In this document: one piece after another, positions 16,620 through 25,395 of the stretch
Layout: every line of letters begins with the position of its first letter
Numbering within the stretch: position 1 is the stretch's first letter
Source: Dehalococcoidia bacterium
GTDB lineage: Bacteria; Chloroflexota; Dehalococcoidia; UBA2979
Assembly: GCA_964291495.2 (NCBI GenBank)
Contig: OZ219868.1
Location: forward strand, 80,743 to 144,742
DNA: 64,000 nt
Reading direction: 5' to 3'
Translations under genes and position numbers: made by a program
Notes under the pieces: generated by a model
The model's database searches: none
Told to the model about the DNA's origin: nothing
What the model saw: the letters and a program-made list of their open reading frames with translations, nothing else

Positions 16620-16713
16620 CAGGAACATGGGCGTCACTGTTCAAAGCGACAAGATCCAGCGTGTGCCCGCGGGGGTGACGGTGGCGCTCTCGAGGCGCGC
16701 CGATCGCGATTGA
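16620..16713 (+). pseudogene. Probable degraded gene fragment or small ORF (ATG 16627-TGA 16713, MGVTVQSDKIQRVPAGVTVALSRRADRD), homologous to 6771-6824
   Basis: 13 of 18 codons encode the same residue as 6771-6824, several through synonymous changes. Confidence 0.4.
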
Positions 16714-16958
16714 GCGGTGACAGCACGGTCGATGCGCGCGCATCCAATGTCGTCGCCACGGTGTCCAAGACTAACGACTCTTCGATTCTGCCCAACCGAC
16801 GAGGCTGGTGACGCCGCCGCGTCCCCGCTGCGAATCCCGACCGCCAGGATTCTCGTCGGGCCTGTCCCCGCACCAGCGACGACGCGACTCGCCCGCTGGC
16901 CTTCCGAAGCCGATCCGTTGCTGAGTCCACCCTCTTCTGGATCCCAGAGGGTTTCCTC

Positions 16959-19403
16959 CTACTTCGCCTGCCCCTCGCCCTTCGGCATGCGGTAGCCGAC
17001 GCGTGGCTCGGCGAAGAAATAGGTCGGGTTGCTGGCGTTCTCGCCAAGCTTGCTGCGAAGCCGTCTCAGGTGGGTGCGCAGGGCGCGCAGGTCGTTCGGC
17101 CGTTTGGCTCCCCAGATTCTCCGCAGCAGTTCGTCGTGGGTCACCACCCGCCCGGCGTTGACCGACAGCTCGTACAGCAGTTGATACTCCTTGGCCCGCA
17201 GCTCCACGGGCTGTCCGTCAAGGGTGACGCGACGCGAGGCGTAGTCGATGGCCAGGTCGCCGTATGCGTAGGGCTCCGGCGGGTGGAGCTTGTAGGAACG
17301 CTCCTGCCGTCGCAACGCCGCCCTGACCCTGGCGACCAGCTCCGTCTGCGAGAAGGGCTTAACGATGTAGTCGGCCGCCCCTGCCTCGAAGGCCTCCGCG
17401 ACCACCTCGTCGCGACCGTAGGCGGAGATGAAGATAACCGGCACGTCGGCGACAGCCAGGATGTCGCGCATCACGGTAATCCCGTCGGCGCCTGGCAGCA
17501 TCAGGTCGAGCAGGACAAGGCCGGGATGGTGCTCCTCCATGGCGAGAAGCACCGCCTGCGGCTCGGCGATGACGATTGGCTTGAAGCCGGCATCGGCGAG
17601 CGCCCTGCGGACGTAGCGAAGGGTCTGTGGATCATCGTCCACCACGAGAATGGTCTCCCCGGGATTGGCTTCCGGTTGCGCACGTACCGCGGGCCGGATC
17701 AGCTCGGGCGGGGCGTCGTCCACCGTAGGCAGGGTGAAGACAAACCGCGCTCCCAGTCCCGGCCCCTCGCTCTCGGCCCAGATGCGCCCCCCATGGGCTT
17801 CCACGATCCCCTTGCAGATGGCCAGCCCCAGGCCCGTGTCTCCACCGCGGTCTTCGTCTTCGCCGCGGGAGAACTTGCGGAAGAGGTGGGGTAACCGCTC
17901 GGAGGGTATTCCTCTCCCCTCGTCCACAACCGAGACCTCGACGTGGACTCCGTCCCGCACGGCGGAGAGCCGGATGGCGGACGATTCCGGTGAGTGCCTG
18001 GCGGCGTTGGCCAGGAGATTGCCGATCACCTGGACCACGCGCCGCCGGTCGGCCATCACCAATGGCAGGTCGGGCGCCAAATCGATCTCGAGACTGCCCC
18101 GACCTCCTGCGCTCCTGAAGGTGTTTCGGGCCCGGTCTACCAGTGCGGCCAATTCTGCCGGTTCGGGGTGGATCGGCAGCGTGCCGGTCTCGATCCGGGC
18201 CACGTCCAGGAGGTCGCCGATCAGGTCGCGCATGCTGCCGGCCTGTTCGAGGATGATGCGCAGGAACTGGCGCATCTCCACGGGATCGAGATCCTCCGTG
18301 TCTTCCAGCATGGCCATCACCGAGCCCCAGATGGAGGTCAGCGGCATGCGCAACTCGTGGCTCACGATGCCCAGGAACTCGGCACGCAGCCGTTCCATCT
18401 CCTCCAGAGGCATCATGTCCTGGATGGTGACGACCACCGACTCCACCTCGCCCGCCTCCGAGCGGATGGGCGTGGCGTTGAGGAGCACGGCGACGCTCCG
18501 ACCATCGGGAACCTCCAGAACGATCTCCTCGGCCCGCACTGTCTCCGTCCTGCTGAGGGTCTCGGCCAGAGGGAACTCGAGCAGGGAGATTGTCGTTCCG
18601 TCGGCGCGGCGCACGGTGATCACGTCCAGCAACTGCTCCGCCGTCTGCTCCGGACTCCGCAGCCCGTCGACGATCCTCCGCGCCTCCTTGTTGATCGACA
18701 CTGGCGCGCCGCGTGGCATGTCGAAGACGACCACACCCACGGGGGATGTATCGATCAGGGTCTCCAGGTCAGCTCTGGCACGCCGCTCATCCCGGTGCCT
18801 TCGGGCGTTGGCGATGACCAGCGCCGCCTGCGAAGCGAGCATCACGAGGGTCTCCTCGTCTTCCTGCGTGAACTCGCCGCCGGTCTTCTCGTTGCTCAGG
18901 TGGATACTGCCCACGCTCTTGCTACGGTGGCGTACGGGGACGCCGAGAAAGGCGCTGATTGGCACAGGAGTGTGCAATTCGCCAAGGCCCACTGCCCTGG
19001 CATGGCTCCCCAGGTCCGCCACCCGAACCGGGGCCGTAATCGTGCAGAGGTACTCGAAGAACCCTTGCCCGTTGGGGATCTCCCAGAGACGCCGGGCCTC
19101 GTCGACGGTGAGTCCGGAGACGCGAAGGTCCTCCATTCCTCCCTGCTCGTCGAGGGTGGTGATGACGGCGTAGCGGGCACCCGTGAGCGTCCGGGCGCTG
19201 TCCAATACGCGCTGAAGGACATCATCGAGGTCGAGGCTCTCGTTGATCCGAAGACTGGCGTCGCTCAGGCGGGAGAGCCGGTCGCGCAGCGTCGCCATCT
19301 GCCGGTCGCGAGCATCCGGTTCCGTCAATCTGTCCTCCCTGGCCCTAGGGTCGGCGGGCACCGAGCCGGTGCGTGGTTCGAGTTGCCGGACGGGGTCCGA
19401 CAT
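16959..19403 (-). CDS. Cytoplasmic hybrid sensor-regulator: GAF-PAS-HisKA-HATPase-REC-OmpR-type winged helix (paralogue 2)
   Basis: Same architecture and long near-identical peptide blocks as 13839-16238 (RLSRLSDASLRINESLDLD, EFTQEDEETLVM, VSHELRMPL, GLGLAICKGIVEAHGGRIWAES, RLRSKLGE...RVGY). The start may lie downstream of 19403. Confidence 0.92.
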   Translation of the reverse strand: MSDPVRQLEPRTGSVPADPRAREDRLTEPDARDRQMATLRDRLSRLSDASLRINESLDLDDVLQRVLDSARTLTGARYAVITTLDEQGGMEDLRVSGLTVDEARRLWEIPNGQGFFEYLCTITAPVRVADLGSHARAVGLGELHTPVPISAFLGVPVRHRSKSVGSIHLSNEKTGGEFTQEDEETLVMLASQAALVIANARRHRDERRARADLETLIDTSPVGVVVFDMPRGAPVSINKEARRIVDGLRSPEQTAEQLLDVITVRRADGTTISLLEFPLAETLSRTETVRAEEIVLEVPDGRSVAVLLNATPIRSEAGEVESVVVTIQDMMPLEEMERLRAEFLGIVSHELRMPLTSIWGSVMAMLEDTEDLDPVEMRQFLRIILEQAGSMRDLIGDLLDVARIETGTLPIHPEPAELAALVDRARNTFRSAGGRGSLEIDLAPDLPLVMADRRRVVQVIGNLLANAARHSPESSAIRLSAVRDGVHVEVSVVDEGRGIPSERLPHLFRKFSRGEDEDRGGDTGLGLAICKGIVEAHGGRIWAESEGPGLGARFVFTLPTVDDAPPELIRPAVRAQPEANPGETILVVDDDPQTLRYVRRALADAGFKPIVIAEPQAVLLAMEEHHPGLVLLDLMLPGADGITVMRDILAVADVPVIFISAYGRDEVVAEAFEAGAADYIVKPFSQTELVARVRAALRRQERSYKLHPPEPYAYGDLAIDYASRRVTLDGQPVELRAKEYQLLYELSVNAGRVVTHDELLRRIWGAKRPNDLRALRTHLRRLRSKLGENASNPTYFFAEPRVGYRMPKGEGQAK

Positions 19404-19470
19404 TGGCTCCGACGGACCGTTCTGCGCTCTCAGGCAGATGTGAGCGAAATATAATCGCGATGGTCCAGAA

Positions 19471-19488
19471 TGTCATCCCCGTGTCATC
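19471..19488. promoter_or_regulatory. TGTCATC direct repeat with 11-bp period; candidate OmpR/PhoB-type binding box
   Basis: TGTCATC-CCCG-TGTCATC at 19471-19477 and 19482-19488, about 70 nt upstream of the wHTH-containing hybrid regulator. Confidence 0.5.
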
Positions 19489-19597
19489 TTACGGGCGCTA
19501 GACTTTCAGATACTTGTTGCCGCTGATGACGGCGTCGCCCGCAGCAAGCGAGTGGGGCACCCTCGTTCTTGCTACAGCCCGCAGGGAGGTATGACCG

Positions 19598-19822
19598 GTG
19601 GCCCGAGATAGCGAGCCATGCGCGGGAGAGATCCCTGCGCTTCAGCAGGAGCTGCGCCGGGAGTTCGCCAGCCTGCGGGAGCGATGCGCCGCCGCTGATC
19701 ACCGGCTAGAGAGCATCGATGACACTCTCGACAGATTCGAGGTCAAGTTACAGCGTATCGAGGCCGTCCTGGCGCGCGCGTTCCAGGACGAGTACGCCGC
19801 CACCCGGCGCTCCGGCATCTAG
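19598..19822 (+). CDS. Small hypothetical coiled-coil protein
   Basis: GGGAGG SD before GTG. Heptad-like 'LQQELRREFASLRER...LESIDDTLDRFEVKLQRIEAVL'. Confidence 0.55.
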   Translation: MARDSEPCAGEIPALQQELRREFASLRERCAAADHRLESIDDTLDRFEVKLQRIEAVLARAFQDEYAATRRSGI

Positions 19823-20180
19823 GCCTGGACAAGAGGCGCCATTGGTGTGGTGGACAGAGGGTAGGTGAGCGGGCAGGGCTCACCGAGCGGTCGTCGCCCC
19901 ACGACTTGATGTCCGGTCGGGCGGCGTTCGTCGAGACCGAGCTTGGCAGGTTCCGGGAGCGCTCCTCGATGGGCAAGCGCGGTCCCGCCAGCCGACATCG
20001 AGATCGTGTACGTCAACTAGGCCTCGTCGCTCAGTGCTCGCTGCGTCTTCGCGCTTGTCTCCCGCGGCCTTGTTGTCCGCCCGTTCATGCTTCGGTTGCA
20101 GAACGCCCGGCGGATGGATGCTAACGCCGGAAGATGGAGGACCCTGTGTCAGGCCCTCGCGAGGGGCGCCATTCGTGAGG

Positions 20181-20254
20181 TGGCTGCCGGGGGAGGAATC
20201 GAACCTCCATCAAGGGATCCAAAGTCCCCTGTGCTACCGTTACACCACCCGGCA
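20181..20254 (-). tRNA. tRNA-Gln(UUG)
   Basis: Minus strand TGCCGGG-TGGTGTAACGGTAGCAC-AGGGGA-CTTTGGA-TCCCT...GGAGGTTCGATTCCTCC-CCCGGCA-GCCA; TTG anticodon, T-loop and encoded CCA. Confidence 0.96.
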
Positions 20255-20334
20255 GCGGGTTCACGCTTCCTTCGATTGTGCGCGGTTCGGCGAAACTCCG
20301 GTAGGGGCCGCCCGTTCGCGGCCCCTTCGCGCCC

Positions 20335-21393
20335 TCAGTCCGCCGAGGGCGACGGTTGGCCGTACACGTGCACGGCGCGGGTCGGGAAGGCGAACTCGAT
20401 GCCGGCCTCGCGGAAGCGACGCAGCAGTTCGAGGCTGATTGCCTGCTGCGTGTCCATGTAGACGCCGTACTCCGAGGTCACCATGAAGTAGACGGCCTCG
20501 AACTCCAGCGCCGACTCGCCGAGGCCGCGCAAGTGCGCACGACTGAAACGCGCCGTGGAGTGCTGTTCGACCGCCTCCCGGATCAGCTCCGGGATCGCCT
20601 CGAGTTGATCGAGGTCCGTGTCGTAGGTGACGCCGAGGGTGAACACCACCCGGCGCTCATCCATCCGCTCGTAGTTGCGGATCCGCGAGTTCAGCAGGTC
20701 GCTGTTGCCGATCACGAGTAGCTCGCCGTCGAGGCTGCGCAGGTGCGTCGTCTTGACCCCGATCCGCTCGACGCTCCCCGACATCTCGCCCGCCGCGATG
20801 AAGTCGCCGACGGCGAACGGGCGGTCCAGGACGATCGCAAGGGAGGCGAATAGATCGCCGAGGATGCTCTGCGCCGCCAGCGCAATCGCGATGCCCCCGA
20901 TCCCGAGTCCCGCCACCAGTGCGGTGACCTGCACGCCCAGGTTGTCGAGGGCGAGGATCAGCAACAGCGACCAGAGCGCCAGCGTGCCGATGTAGCGACC
21001 CGCCTCGGTGACTCCCGGGGCGGCGAAGTCCGGGTCGTGCTCACGCTGCCAGCGGGAGGCGAAGGTGATCGCCGCGCTGCCCCAGAGACCACCCTGGATG
21101 AGCAGCGCGACGACTGCGATGGACCGGGCAGCTTGCTCGAGTTCGCGCGGGATCTCGATGGCGAGCGAGCCGGCGAAGAGTGCGACGATCAGGATGACGA
21201 TTTCGTGGGTGCGACGCTCGATCGCGGCCGCGAGGCCTCGCAGCGGGGTCGCCGCGCCAAGCTGCGGGCCGCGCTCGGTGAAGCGCACGAGCGCCCAGCG
21301 CAGCAGCAGCAACCCGGCAAAGACGCCGGCGGCGATCAGTACGGCTGCGACCCAGGCCTCGCCGCTGTTGTCCCTGAAGGTATCGAGGTCCAT
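20335..21393 (-). CDS. mscS: Small-conductance mechanosensitive channel
   Basis: ALVAGLGIGGIAIALAAQSILGDLFAS...DRPFAVGDFI...GSVERIGVKTTHLRSLDGE...IEFAFPT. Confidence 0.93.
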   Translation of the reverse strand: MDLDTFRDNSGEAWVAAVLIAAGVFAGLLLLRWALVRFTERGPQLGAATPLRGLAAAIERRTHEIVILIVALFAGSLAIEIPRELEQAARSIAVVALLIQGGLWGSAAITFASRWQREHDPDFAAPGVTEAGRYIGTLALWSLLLILALDNLGVQVTALVAGLGIGGIAIALAAQSILGDLFASLAIVLDRPFAVGDFIAAGEMSGSVERIGVKTTHLRSLDGELLVIGNSDLLNSRIRNYERMDERRVVFTLGVTYDTDLDQLEAIPELIREAVEQHSTARFSRAHLRGLGESALEFEAVYFMVTSEYGVYMDTQQAISLELLRRFREAGIEFAFPTRAVHVYGQPSPSAD

Positions 21394-21402
21394 GCGCTGA
21401 TC

Positions 21403-23052
21403 CTACGGGACGATCAGCGTCGTGCCGATACGGATCGAGCCGGCCTTGGCAATGCCGTTGAGCCGCATGATCTCCCCGACGGTGGTGTCCCAGCGGCGGG
21501 CGAGGCTCCAGAGATTGTCACCCGGCTCGACGGTGTAGCGCCCACCGGAGACGGCGGCTGGCAGTGTCGCCGCCGGGCGGGCGCCCGGTCGCGGGACGGT
21601 GATCTCCTGGCCCGGCCAGATACGACCGGGGTTCCCGATGCCGTTGAGGTTTGCGATCTCCTCGACGCTGGTGCCCCAGCGTGCGGCAAGATCCCACAGG
21701 TTGTCGCCGGGGGCGATCGTGTGGCTGATCGGGAGCACCGGGGCGGCCGGGCCGCCTGCGCTGGCGGGGATGACGAGCTCCTGCCCGATCCGGACCCGGT
21801 CCGGGTCCGTGATGCCGTTGAGACGGGCGACCTCCTCAACCGTCGTGCCCCAGCGCTCCGCGAGGTCCGAGAGCGTTTCCCCCGGCGCGATCGTGTGGAC
21901 GCCGCCCTTTGACCGCCGCGAGGCGATATGCGCGCCGCGGCCAGCCGCGAACGGGACTGCGATCCGCTGGCCGATCCGGATGTGATTCGGATCCGCGATC
22001 CGGTTGGCCGTCATGAGCTCCCGCAGGTCGACATCCCAGTTCTCCGCAAGGAGGCCAAGCGCGTCGCCGGGCCGCGCGACGTAGCTCATCGGCCGTGGCG
22101 GCGTGTCCCGCAACAGCCGCAGGATGCCCGGCGCGATCGAGCCGACGCGCCAGACGGACACCGACTCGGCGAGCAGCGCGAACGACTCATCGAGGAACTC
22201 CGGCCAGCCGTCGTTGCTGCCGACGGAGCCGTCGCCAATCGGGTGAATCGGGAGCCCGAACTCGCGGAGTTGTGGCAGCGCGGAGGCGAGGACGAATCGA
22301 GGTGTGATGCCGTCGATGCTGCCGGGGTCGTAGCCCTGGTCCCTGAAGTGGGCGAGGTTGACCCTGTCGCGGAACTGGCCCCAGTAGACCTGTGGCGCGA
22401 TCTCGTTGGCGAAGCTGGAGAACTCGGTCAGCGGGATGCGTCCGATCTCCCAGGGGCGGGGATCGATCGACAGCGACAGCCACGCGTCCGGATGTCGCGC
22501 GCGCAGGATCTCGCCGATCCGAAGCGCGCCGCGAGGCGTGCCCTCCCAGAACCCGCCGTGCGCCTCGAGGTCGATGAAGAGGCTGCGCGCCCCGGCGCTC
22601 AACACGTCGGCGGACATCTCCGCCTCGGCTCTGGGGTCGAGGCCATGCGTGTTGTACCAGGCATGGAACGGCACGCCGCCGTCCTCGAAGAACGCGGCGA
22701 GCTTCGCGACCTGCGCGGGCCCGCTCACCGCATCCGGCGAGACGTCGAACTCCGACATCCAGTCGGCGCCGTCGTGCGTCTTCACGACGACACCGAGACC
22801 GTGCGCGGCGAGGATGTCGCGGAGCAGGGCCGGCCTGCCGTCTTCGTCGAACTTCCAGACCCACCCGAAGTGTGTCAGTTCGCCGTCGAGGGCGGGGTTG
22901 TTGACGGCGCCGACCGCAGGCGACGGCGGCTCTGGCGCCGACCGCCTCGCTGCGCTCCGGGCGAGGGCGCGCGAAGGCGCCAGCACAAGCGCCGCTGCGG
23001 ATCCGGCGAGTGCAGTCAGGAAGAGCCGCCTGGGGAGACGACGGGGGCGCAC
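21403..23052 (-). CDS. Tat-exported protein with a glycoside hydrolase-like TIM-barrel domain and four C-terminal LysM domains
   Basis: RRLFL twin-arginine signal. Four LysM repeats (e.g. HTIAPGDNLWDLAARWGTSVEEIANLNGIGNPGRIWPGQEITVP). The catalytic-like region has KTHDG, FIDLE and APQVYW. Confidence 0.85.
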   Translation of the reverse strand: MRPRRLPRRLFLTALAGSAAALVLAPSRALARSAARRSAPEPPSPAVGAVNNPALDGELTHFGWVWKFDEDGRPALLRDILAAHGLGVVVKTHDGADWMSEFDVSPDAVSGPAQVAKLAAFFEDGGVPFHAWYNTHGLDPRAEAEMSADVLSAGARSLFIDLEAHGGFWEGTPRGALRIGEILRARHPDAWLSLSIDPRPWEIGRIPLTEFSSFANEIAPQVYWGQFRDRVNLAHFRDQGYDPGSIDGITPRFVLASALPQLREFGLPIHPIGDGSVGSNDGWPEFLDESFALLAESVSVWRVGSIAPGILRLLRDTPPRPMSYVARPGDALGLLAENWDVDLRELMTANRIADPNHIRIGQRIAVPFAAGRGAHIASRRSKGGVHTIAPGETLSDLAERWGTTVEEVARLNGITDPDRVRIGQELVIPASAGGPAAPVLPISHTIAPGDNLWDLAARWGTSVEEIANLNGIGNPGRIWPGQEITVPRPGARPAATLPAAVSGGRYTVEPGDNLWSLARRWDTTVGEIMRLNGIAKAGSIRIGTTLIVP

Positions 23053-23170
23053 GGGGCCGAAGCTCTCCTGTACCTGTTCCCGCCACTGCTATGGTCGCAC
23101 ATAAACATAAGGTGTCCAAGCGGCACGCTGCCGCCCGTACGGAGCCTCGCGCGGGCTAGAATGAGGCGTC

Positions 23171-24742
23171 ATGGCGTCCTTGCCGGCCTTCTCGCTGCGC
23201 GACCAGTCCGCGGAGGAGCGGAGCTTCCCGAGCGGCCGTCCGGCGCTGCTCGCCTTCGTCAAGGAGGACTGCCCGACCTGCGGGACCTCGATGCCGCTGA
23301 TCGAGGGCGCGCACCGCACCTTCGGCGAGGGCGTCGACGTCTGGGCGGTGGGGCAGGAGGCCGCGGGCAACGCGGCGCTGGTCGAGCGCTACGGCCTCAC
23401 CCTGCCGATGCTCGACGACTCCGAGCTCGGCGTCTCCTTCCGCTACGACCTCGACACGGTGCCGACGGTGCTGCTCGCCGGCGCGGACGGCGAGGAGCTG
23501 CGGCGCTTCGTCGGCTTCGGGCGCGATGACTGGCGCTCGCTGTATTCACAGCTTGGCGAGCTGAGCGGCGCCGCGGCTCCGGCCGTCGAGTGGGACGACT
23601 ACCCGGAGAGCGAGCCGGGCTGCGGCGCGCGCAACGTCGAACCCGGGATCGCCGAGCGTCTGGCCGCCCTCGCCGAGGGCAGCCCGCTGCTCGCGAGGCG
23701 CATCGAGATCGGCTCGGCCGACGATCCCGACGAGTTCATGTTCGACCAGGGCTTCAGCGACGGCCTGCCCCTGGTCGCGCCCACGCCGGAGCGCGTGCTG
23801 CGCATGCTGGGCGGCACGCGGCGCGACGCCCAGGAGGTGGTGGCGATCGTGCCGCCGAACATGGCCCCGGCGACCGTCGAGAAGATCGCGATCAACGCAG
23901 TCCTCGCGGGTTGCCGCCCCGAGTACCTGCCGGTCGTGATCGCCGGCCTCGAGGCGGCGTGCACGGACACCTTCAATGCCCACGGCGTGTGGGCGACGAC
24001 GATGGGCGCCTCGCCGGCGATGATCGTGAACGGACCGATCCGCGATCGCATCGGGATGAACTCCGGCCTCGGGGCGCTCGGGCAGGGCAACCGCGCCAAC
24101 GCGACGATCGGGCGCGCGCTGCGGCTGGTGCTGCGCAACGTTGGCGGCGCGAAGCCGGGCGGGACGGAACGCTCGACGCTGGGGTCGCCGGCGAAGTTCA
24201 CGTTCACGTTCGCGGAGTGGGAGGAGCGCAGCCCCTGGACGCCGCTCCACGTCGATCGTGGTTACGCCCCGGAGCAGAGCGTCGTCACACTCTTCCCCTC
24301 CTCGCCGGGACCGCTGATCAGCATGGACCAGACGTCGCGCAGCGCGGAGCCGCTGGCGGGGAGCCTCGCGATGTCGTTGCAGGCGATGATGCATCCGAAG
24401 TCCGGCGGCCGCGATACGCTGCTGATCGTCACGCCGGAGCATGTTGATACGCTGTGGCGCGACGGCTGGACGAAGGAGCGGCTGGCCGAGCGGCTCTGGG
24501 AGCTGACACACCGCCCGCTGCGCGAGCTGATCGCGGACGAGCGCAGCGGCGTCGGCAGGCCCCTCGAGGAGTTCGGGCCGGGCGGCCCGACGGAGGAACA
24601 GCTGGGCGAGCTGATCCCGAAGTTCGACTCGCCCGAGCGCCTGCACATCGTCGTCGCGGGCAGCGAGGCCGGAAAGATCACCGCGATCTTCCCGGGCTGG
24701 GGCAGTCTTGTAGAGAGCCAGGTGATCGAGGACGCCGTCTGA
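23171..24742 (+). CDS. Thioredoxin/peroxiredoxin-like (CPTC) domain fused to the conserved domain that accompanies UGSC-family proteins
   Basis: N-terminal AhpC/TlpA-like fold with KEDCPTC and cis-Pro TVPT. The C-terminal domain has GFSDGLPLVAPTPERV, ATVEKIAINAVLAGC and GNRANATIGRALRL. Confidence 0.8.
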   Translation: MASLPAFSLRDQSAEERSFPSGRPALLAFVKEDCPTCGTSMPLIEGAHRTFGEGVDVWAVGQEAAGNAALVERYGLTLPMLDDSELGVSFRYDLDTVPTVLLAGADGEELRRFVGFGRDDWRSLYSQLGELSGAAAPAVEWDDYPESEPGCGARNVEPGIAERLAALAEGSPLLARRIEIGSADDPDEFMFDQGFSDGLPLVAPTPERVLRMLGGTRRDAQEVVAIVPPNMAPATVEKIAINAVLAGCRPEYLPVVIAGLEAACTDTFNAHGVWATTMGASPAMIVNGPIRDRIGMNSGLGALGQGNRANATIGRALRLVLRNVGGAKPGGTERSTLGSPAKFTFTFAEWEERSPWTPLHVDRGYAPEQSVVTLFPSSPGPLISMDQTSRSAEPLAGSLAMSLQAMMHPKSGGRDTLLIVTPEHVDTLWRDGWTKERLAERLWELTHRPLRELIADERSGVGRPLEEFGPGGPTEEQLGELIPKFDSPERLHIVVAGSEAGKITAIFPGWGSLVESQVIEDAV

Positions 24743-24778
24743 GCGAGTACGCGGCGGCGCGCAGGACAGGGAGGCCGC

Positions 24779-25297
24779 ATGACCACGATTCTGGATCCCA
24801 CGGACGAGCGTGAGCCCGTAGGACGGCAACGCTCGCGACGCCCGGAGCAGATCTCCGGCACCGTCGGCCTGCTCGACATCAGCAAGCCGCGCGGCAACGT
24901 CCTGCTGGACCGCCTCGAGGAGCTGATCCACCAGCGGCTGCCGGAGGTGGAGGTGCGGCGCTACATGAAGCCGACCTTCACGAAGCCGGCCCCGGACGAG
25001 CTGCGGCGCAAGATGGCGGGGGAGGTGGACTTCGTCATCGAAGGACTTGCCGACTGAGGGTCGTGCACGACGTGCAGTGTGCACGACACGGTCTGGTTCG
25101 AGATTCAGGGCAAGCCCTCGGTGATGATTGCCTCGACGGAGTTCATCAACGCCGCCGAGGCGCAGGCGCAGTCGCTCGGCCTCCCCGACCTCTCACGCGT
25201 CTTCGTCCCGCATCCAATCCAGGATGCGAACGACGAGGAGATGCGCGCGAAGGCGGACGAGGCGCTCGACGAACTGATCGCGGCGCTCATCGACTGA
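24779..25297 (+). CDS. UGSC-family selenoprotein (172 aa; Sec at TGA 25055-25057)
   Basis: ORFs 24779-25057 and 25079-25297 are in the same frame. Read-through gives IEGLAD-U-GSCTTCSVHDT, the UGSC motif. GGGAGG SD before ATG 24779; no SD before 25079. Confidence 0.9.
25060..25087 (+). promoter_or_regulatory. Candidate bacterial SECIS stem-loop
   Basis: Perfect 9-bp stem GTCGTGCAC/GTGCACGAC starting at the third nt after the UGA, with an internal AC/GT pair and a GU-initiated apical loop. Confidence 0.55.
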
Positions 25298-25395
25298 GCC
25301 GCTTCGCCGCGCGCTCCGGCGGGCGCGAGTACGCCGGGCCGCGCGTATAGTGGCGCGGGCATGACCCCTCCCCCGGAGGGGCGGAGGAGGGCATC

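Noticed and set aside
19830-20180. Short ORFs between the coiled-coil gene and tRNA-Gln, a possible integrase remnant
   Set aside because: No tyrosine or serine recombinase motif is recognisable in any frame, and there is no convincing start signal.
21420-22090. Repeated ~140-bp units that could be taken for a DNA repeat array or CRISPR
   Set aside because: They are diverged, in-frame LysM domain repeats, with no identical repeats or spacers.
25079-25297. Independent 72-aa gene, or a nonsense-mutated pseudogene of 24779-25297
   Set aside because: The TGA falls exactly in the UGSC motif with a downstream hairpin and the second ORF has no SD; Sec read-through explains both ORFs.
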